Positions 59,800 through 64,000 of a stretch of 64,000 nt of DNA are shown here, in pieces (position 1 is the stretch's first letter; the number at the start of each line of letters is the position of its first letter). The stretch comes from a virus. The position numbers were made by a program, and so were the translations under genes. Location of the stretch: the IMG/VR virus record IMGVR_UViG_3300042523_000478, positions 27,987 through 91,986 of that record; one strand, written 5' to 3'. A model generated the notes under the pieces. That model did no database searches. It saw only the letters and a list, made by a program, of their open reading frames with translations, and was not told the DNA's origin.

Positions 59800-60408
59800 T
59801 TATTGTTGTAAGTGTGTCATTAAAACCCCACCTAAAGAAGTTGCATGAACCAATAAATGATTTATTGATTCAATGTCAAGTTTTGTTTTTCTTTTTGTAT
59901 AATCAAGTCCTAATGTCCCGATAAACCTATCATCAATTGTTTTAATTGCAAATAAATAACTTGATTTACATCCCGTGTCTTCAGCAATGTATTTTAATCC
60001 GTATGTTGCTATCGTTTCGTCTTTGAAATCGGACACCTCAATTACATCGTTACTTAATAATTGATTTATTGATTTTGAAAATAAATTTACGGGAATATTA
60101 TGAAAATTAGTTTGTACTGAGGTTACTCCTGGATGTACCGTTTCATACATTATTGAGAATTTTGCCATTGATTTACCTGTTGGGTAGAAGTTACCTCCAT
60201 TATGGAATTGAGTTATCCAAACTCTATCGGCATTAAACTCATCTTTAATATGTTCTATTTTGTTTGTTACCAACTCTGCAACCCTCAAGGTATCTTTAAC
60301 CATATCCGGTTTTTCTTTCTTCTCTAATTTGCTTTTAATGTAAAGAAGTAATATAGGACCAACAACACCAGTTATAAAAGCCACCACAATACCTATGTAA
60401 TTTTCCAT
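59800..60408 (-). CDS. Single-TM + GAF-like domain protein, holin candidate (T4 gpT-like architecture)
   Basis: N-terminal hydrophobic helix, then ADRVWITQFHNGG...FIGTLGLDY GAF-like domain; start ATG at 60408 after TATTTAT. Confidence 0.55.
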   Translation of the reverse strand: MENYIGIVVAFITGVVGPILLLYIKSKLEKKEKPDMVKDTLRVAELVTNKIEHIKDEFNADRVWITQFHNGGNFYPTGKSMAKFSIMYETVHPGVTSVQTNFHNIPVNLFSKSINQLLSNDVIEVSDFKDETIATYGLKYIAEDTGCKSSYLFAIKTIDDRFIGTLGLDYTKRKTKLDIESINHLLVHATSLGGVLMTHLQQ

Positions 60409-60434
60409 ACTAATTAATAAATATATTGTTAATT

Positions 60435-60463
60435 TAAAAACCCCCACTTTTGATGGGGGTTAA
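60435..60463 (-). terminator. Rho-independent terminator
   Basis: AACCCCCA-CTTTTGA-TGGGGGTT with a T-run on the minus strand. Confidence 0.7.
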
Positions 60464-60483
60464 GTTTAATTTTTTCAAAAAAA

Positions 60484-60651
60484 TTATTTTTTGTTAACAA
60501 TTGACCAAATGGCACCAGTTAATGTCATTGCACCACCGATAATTTCCGTAACTGTTGACTCATCAACAAGTCCTTTCATTACGACAATACCACCCACGAA
60601 TGTTAATGCGTGTCTGATAATTCCCATAATTTGTTCTTTAGATAATTTCAT
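60484..60651 (-). CDS. 55-aa two-helix membrane protein, small holin-like (not in ORF track)
   Basis: MKLSKEQIMGIIRHALTFVGGIVVMKGLVDESTVTEIIGGAMTLTGAIWSIVNKK; own late motif and terminator. Confidence 0.7.
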   Translation of the reverse strand: MKLSKEQIMGIIRHALTFVGGIVVMKGLVDESTVTEIIGGAMTLTGAIWSIVNKK

Positions 60652-60713
60652 AAAATTTGTTTTTTTATGGTTTATTTTATACTATAAATATATTTATATT
60701 ATAAAATGTTCTT

Positions 60714-62018
60714 ATGGAGGAAAATATTAATGAAGAACTTAACTATATTAAGTATCTTTTGGGTTATAAAAAAGGGATTGTTTTATCTGAACAACAAACT
60801 CCTGTAACAACAAATACCACAACAGTAGTAAAAACTGGTGTTGATTTAAAAAAAACGGTTAAGATTGATTTTCCGGCGGGATATCACGGTACTGGAGGTA
60901 AAAATTTACAAATTACCGCAAAAGAAGGTAGTAATGCCGGTATGACAGTAGATGTTGGTTCACAATTAACAGAAGCAATTAAAAATTTTAAAACTTTAGA
61001 TCCCAACACAACAATATATGCGACCATTTCAGCTGGTGAATCACAAATACCTAACTCAGATTATGAAACCGGAAAAGATATGAAAACCGGAGGTCTATCT
61101 AAATTAAGAATGTTAACAATTAAAAATTATTTAACATCACAATTTCCAGAACAAATTAAATCAGGTAAATTAATTGTAGTTGAAAAGGAACCGTCTATTG
61201 GAAAAACGCCGTGGGTTAGTCAGGTTTTTAAACTTGGTGATTTAACAACCACAGAAGGTAAAAAGTTATATCAAGAATTAGCTTCAAATAAATCTTGGGT
61301 TAGTGGTTTGAAAAAAGGTGAAGATGGTACATATACATATACTTGTGGGAAAACTTCTTATTATGGTTGTAATATGTCATACACTTATTGTAAGGAATCT
61401 GATTGTAAAGACATGAAAGACAAATACACCGCAGAACAATTTATAAAATTAAAATTAAGTACCACACCAGCACAAACAATGGGAGGTGGGGGTAGTCCAG
61501 AACAAGAAGAGGATTTTGATTGTGCTGCTGGAGCAAAAATTGGTGTTCATTTCTATAGAGATGGGGAGCATCAGTGTAATTTTGCAACATATGAAGTTTA
61601 TGTTAACGGTAAAAGATTGACAAGAGATGATAAAACAGATAGATTTACCGGAAAATATGCATTATTAAATAACGGTGGTAATGGTCCTGATCCAAAATCC
61701 AATGATGTAGGTGGTACCAGAATGAATTATTTTACAGTTTCTCCAGAAATTGCGAAAGAAATAATTTTAGGTGGAGCTACAAATTTTAAATTTACAATTA
61801 AATGTGTTAGACCTGATATAGACAATTCAAACACGGCCGGTTATATATTAGGAACAGATAGTCAACACGGAACCGGATGTCATGCGGGTGTAGGAACTAT
61901 AGAAATTTTTAATTCTGACGGAGATAAAATTGAAAACATTCAAAGTTACACAACTCCAACCAATAAAGATACGTCAACTGAAGTACCTGAAGTTGCGTTC
62001 TGTAAAAGTTCAGTATAA
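60714..62018 (+). CDS. Hypothetical protein with propeptide motif and OmpA-C-like domain
   Basis: NINEELNYIKYLLGY...LSEQ; F.AG...ISAGESQIPN...LSKLRMLTIKNYL...EQFIKL. Confidence 0.55.
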   Translation: MEENINEELNYIKYLLGYKKGIVLSEQQTPVTTNTTTVVKTGVDLKKTVKIDFPAGYHGTGGKNLQITAKEGSNAGMTVDVGSQLTEAIKNFKTLDPNTTIYATISAGESQIPNSDYETGKDMKTGGLSKLRMLTIKNYLTSQFPEQIKSGKLIVVEKEPSIGKTPWVSQVFKLGDLTTTEGKKLYQELASNKSWVSGLKKGEDGTYTYTCGKTSYYGCNMSYTYCKESDCKDMKDKYTAEQFIKLKLSTTPAQTMGGGGSPEQEEDFDCAAGAKIGVHFYRDGEHQCNFATYEVYVNGKRLTRDDKTDRFTGKYALLNNGGNGPDPKSNDVGGTRMNYFTVSPEIAKEIILGGATNFKFTIKCVRPDIDNSNTAGYILGTDSQHGTGCHAGVGTIEIFNSDGDKIENIQSYTTPTNKDTSTEVPEVAFCKSSV

Positions 62019-62019
62019 T

Positions 62020-62112
62020 TTATTTTCTACTATTACTCAAATATAAGTACATAAAAACTCCAAATATAATGACTGGAGTTAATATTGCTGCGTAAATTTC
62101 TGAATTTCCCAT
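62020..62112 (-). CDS. 30-aa single-TM micropeptide (not in ORF track)
   Basis: MGNSEIYAAILTPVIIFGVFMYLYLSNSRK; TATTTAT at 62120-62126. Confidence 0.5.
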   Translation of the reverse strand: MGNSEIYAAILTPVIIFGVFMYLYLSNSRK

Positions 62113-62208
62113 TTTTATAATAAATACGTATTTTTTTATGTTAAAAAATAACAATATGTTTGTATAACACATATAAACTACTATATGTAGTTTTTAAATT
62201 AACATTTG

Positions 62209-62281
62209 CGGTCCCGACGGGATTCGAACCCGTATCTCGCACCGTGACAGGGTGGAATTGTAACCATTCAACCACGGGACC
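62209..62281 (-). tRNA. tRNA-Asp(GUC)
   Basis: Cloverleaf GGTCCCG...CT GTC AC...GGTTCGAATCC...GGGACC G; CCA not encoded. Confidence 0.9.
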
Positions 62282-62360
62282 AAGTTTATCAGTCTTTCCT
62301 GATCGTCACCCCTAACCCACAGGTATTACCCGTATTGTAGTAAAGCTTGGTTGGCTATAG

Positions 62361-62514
62361 TAGTCAGGACAGGATTCTAACCTGCATGAACACTTTGAAT
62401 TTTACCTACGCACAGTGAGGTAGTGTTCTTCATCATTCGCATTGCCTTTTCAAAATGCACTTATTCAAGGTTGCCGTGCGTGTCACTATGTGTCTATCAT
62501 TCCACCACCTGACT
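62361..62514 (-). ncRNA. tRNA-Leu-framed RNA with ~100-nt insert replacing the anticodon/variable arms
   Basis: Acceptor AGTCAGG/CCTGACT-A, D arm GTGGAATGATAGACAC, T arm GCAGG-TTAGAAT-CCTGT; no canonical anticodon arm. Confidence 0.6.
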
Positions 62515-62610
62515 ATTAACACACTCTTCGGCATTCTACTCCCCGCAACACGGAATTTGTATCTTAGTTAGCCCATCGTCAGCGGTATGGGTACCGAAGT
62601 TTATGTGTCG

Positions 62611-62682
62611 TAGTCCCACCGGGAATCGAACCCGACTTTCCAGGATGAAAACCTGACGACCTAACCGATAGTCGATGGGACC
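62611..62682 (-). tRNA. tRNA-Glu(UUC)
   Basis: GGTCCCA...TCAGG TT TTC AT CCTGG...GGTTCGATTCC...TGGGACT A. Confidence 0.9.
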
Positions 62683-62755
62683 AAAAATAAGGGTAGACAC
62701 GGGTCTAGCTAGCCATCTTTCAGGAAAGGCCCTTACTACTATTCTACCCTTTTAG

Positions 62756-62828
62756 TTGCGGGAGCAGGATTCGAACCTGCGATCTCGGCTTATGAGACCG
62801 AGCGGATAACCATCTTCCACATCCCGCG
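62756..62828 (-). tRNA. tRNA-Met(CAU), initiator-like
   Basis: C1:A72 mismatch (CGCGGGA/TCCCGCA); anticodon loop CT CAT AA. Confidence 0.88.
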
Positions 62829-62833
62829 ATATG

Positions 62834-62907
62834 TAGTTAATAGTGGATTCGAACCAATGACCTATTCCGTATCAGGGAATCGCTCTAACCAACTGAGCTA
62901 ATTAACT
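62834..62907 (-). tRNA. tRNA-Ile(GAU)
   Basis: AGTTAAT/ATTAACT acceptor; ATTCC CT GAT AC GGAAT anticodon arm. Confidence 0.85.
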
Positions 62908-62983
62908 ATATTCTCGTCTTTCCGAGGTGTCAATACGGATATTTTGTGTACAATTCAGGACTCTCGTATTGCTTCCTTAGTTG

Positions 62984-63090
62984 TAGTCAGGACAGGACTC
63001 GAACCTGTACGATAACTGTTGTTACCATCCCATGTTATTGGGACTCGTCTACCACGAGCGTGGACACCACACTCCTTCCGCCACCTGACT
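62984..63090 (-). ncRNA. tRNA-Leu-framed RNA with D-loop hairpin insert and non-canonical anticodon loop
   Basis: Same AGTCAGG/CCTGACT-A acceptor; GAGTGTGG-TGT-CCACGCTC inserted in the D loop; TCCCA-ATAACA-TGGGA 6-nt loop; long variable arm; ACAGG-TTCGAGT-CCTGT T arm. Confidence 0.65.
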
Positions 63091-63100
63091 ATTCTATTTG

Positions 63101-63174
63101 GGTGAATGGTGGGTTACGATCCCACTACCTTCGATACCACAAACCGACACTCTTACGATTGATCTACACACACC
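63101..63174 (-). tRNA. Atypical tRNA-His(GUG)
   Basis: G-1 and C73 present; TCGGT TT GTG GT ATCGA; but the D loop lacks GG, the T loop is ATCGTAA and the acceptor has a mismatch. Confidence 0.6.
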
Positions 63175-63280
63175 ATTTATTTGTAGTTAAGTAGCTGACA
63201 CACACTCTCGTTTCACCATCTTATGTCAACAGGTTAATGCACTTTACGAGTTTCCCGTTTCTTACCACCACAATATTTTA

Positions 63281-63390
63281 ATTTAAATGAACTTCTTTTT
63301 TCTTCACGGGAGTAGGACACCAACCTCTCACTTCCTACCCCCGTTGTTTCTTCTACAAATATATGGCGTTTGTTTTAAACTGCCAAACAA
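63281..63390 (-). promoter_or_regulatory. Host-type promoter, leader hairpin and boxA-like element for the tRNA array
   Basis: TTTG...TATATTTG (63356-63363), GTAGGA..TCCTAC hairpin, AAGTTCATTTAAAT. Confidence 0.6.
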
Positions 63391-63442
63391 TTTGTAAAAT
63401 ATTTTTTATTTTTTTTAAGGTTGTTTTTTTGCCCTTAAAGAG

Positions 63443-63516
63443 CACACAAGGTGGGACTCGAACTTACAAAATCGGGCATCTAAACCCTCCGTGACTACCA
63501 ATTCTACCACTCGTGT
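63443..63516 (-). pseudogene. Degenerate tRNA (UAG anticodon, Leu-like)
   Basis: ACACGAG/CTTGTGT acceptor, D arm with TGG, TTCGAGT loop, but T stem and anticodon stem are mispaired. Confidence 0.5.
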
Positions 63517-63596
63517 AGTTTACTAATAAATCAAAGACAACTTATCTCATCGAGGTCATCTTTGTATGGTTGTTGTGATATTCTTTACGATATTGG

Positions 63597-64000
63597 TTAA
63601 TTGGGGGTCCTAACTGTCTCATCAGCTAATGGTAATTCTTCTAAATATTCCCATCTTGCTCCGTCCCTTTCTTTAATTAGTGCAATTCTTTTACCATCTA
63701 TTCGTACCACCTGATAACCTAAAAACCATTCTTCATTTTTATTATACCTACCAAATTCCCAAGTTAATTTTAGTTTATCCAAAATTACATGTATATTTTC
63801 TTTTTCTAAAACTGGACTTTCAGAAAAAAAACTTTCATCACCAATTCTATTATAAACTAAAAACCTGTCTTTTTCCGGTGGCTTTACTTCTTCTTTAATA
63901 AGGTCAACCAAATTAACATTAGCAATTAAACCTAAATCAACACTAAACTTCCTTTTAATCTCAACTGATGGAATTGATTTGTTTTCTATAGTCAACATTA
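63597..64000 (-). CDS. Hypothetical protein, probably 5'-truncated by the window edge
   Basis: Open frame reaching the window end. Confidence 0.55.
   Translation of the reverse strand, partial: MLTIENKSIPSVEIKRKFSVDLGLIANVNLVDLIKEEVKPPEKDRFLVYNRIGDESFFSESPVLEKENIHVILDKLKLTWEFGRYNKNEEWFLGYQVVRIDGKRIALIKERDGARWEYLEELPLADETVRTPN

Noticed and set aside
60491-60730. 79-aa plus-strand ORF
   Set aside because: Shadow of the minus-strand 55-aa membrane protein, which has a late motif and terminator.
62560-62595. CTGACGA as a hammerhead ribozyme core
   Set aside because: No stem II followed by GAAA in the required position.
62946-63194. 82-aa plus-strand ORF
   Set aside because: Antisense to tRNA/tRNA-like genes.
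1-64000. Stop-codon reassignment, as in some large Bacteroidota phages
   Set aside because: Core genes are full length and densely packed under the standard code; TAA, TAG and TGA all occur as gene ends.

Overview
This window is part of an AT-rich, T4-like large (jumbo-type) bacteriophage genome, almost certainly infecting Bacteroidota. The host call rests on TTTG-N19/20-TAnnTTTG promoters, A-rich leaders without Shine-Dalgarno sites, a Bacteroidota-type bS21 and a DUF4494-like gene. From left to right it contains: a partial GT8 gene and two YadA-like repeat tail fibre/adhesin genes (1-8.7 kb); probable head-internal proteins including a WYL protein (8.7-11.6 kb); a ~14 kb glycosyltransferase/methyltransferase/GDP-mannose-epimerase operon with an exonuclease, dUTPase and PhoH, ending in a gp55-like late sigma factor (11.7-26.3 kb); and baseplate/virion genes (26-35 kb). 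The head module (major capsid, scaffold, prohead protease, portal, large terminase) carries an inverted ribosomal protein S21 gene (35-45 kb). It is followed by more head-internal proteins, a nucleotidyltransferase-KTSC pair, an N-domain-less ClpC and a peptidase (45-55 kb). A stable-RNA region holds a tmRNA with an atypical tag and an ~860 nt GOLLD-like RNA (55.6-57.3 kb). A lysis-like module (57.6-60.7 kb) and a tRNA array follow; in the array, canonical tRNAs alternate with unexplained structured RNAs, including two tRNA-Leu-framed RNAs with large inserts (62.2-63.5 kb). Two genome-wide signals stand out: a TATTTAT motif before ~24 late genes (candidate late promoter), and a recurrent amphipathic 'I/L-x-E' propeptide motif on many unrelated proteins (candidate capsid-targeting/cleavage signal). 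All family assignments are by motif recognition; no database search was run.
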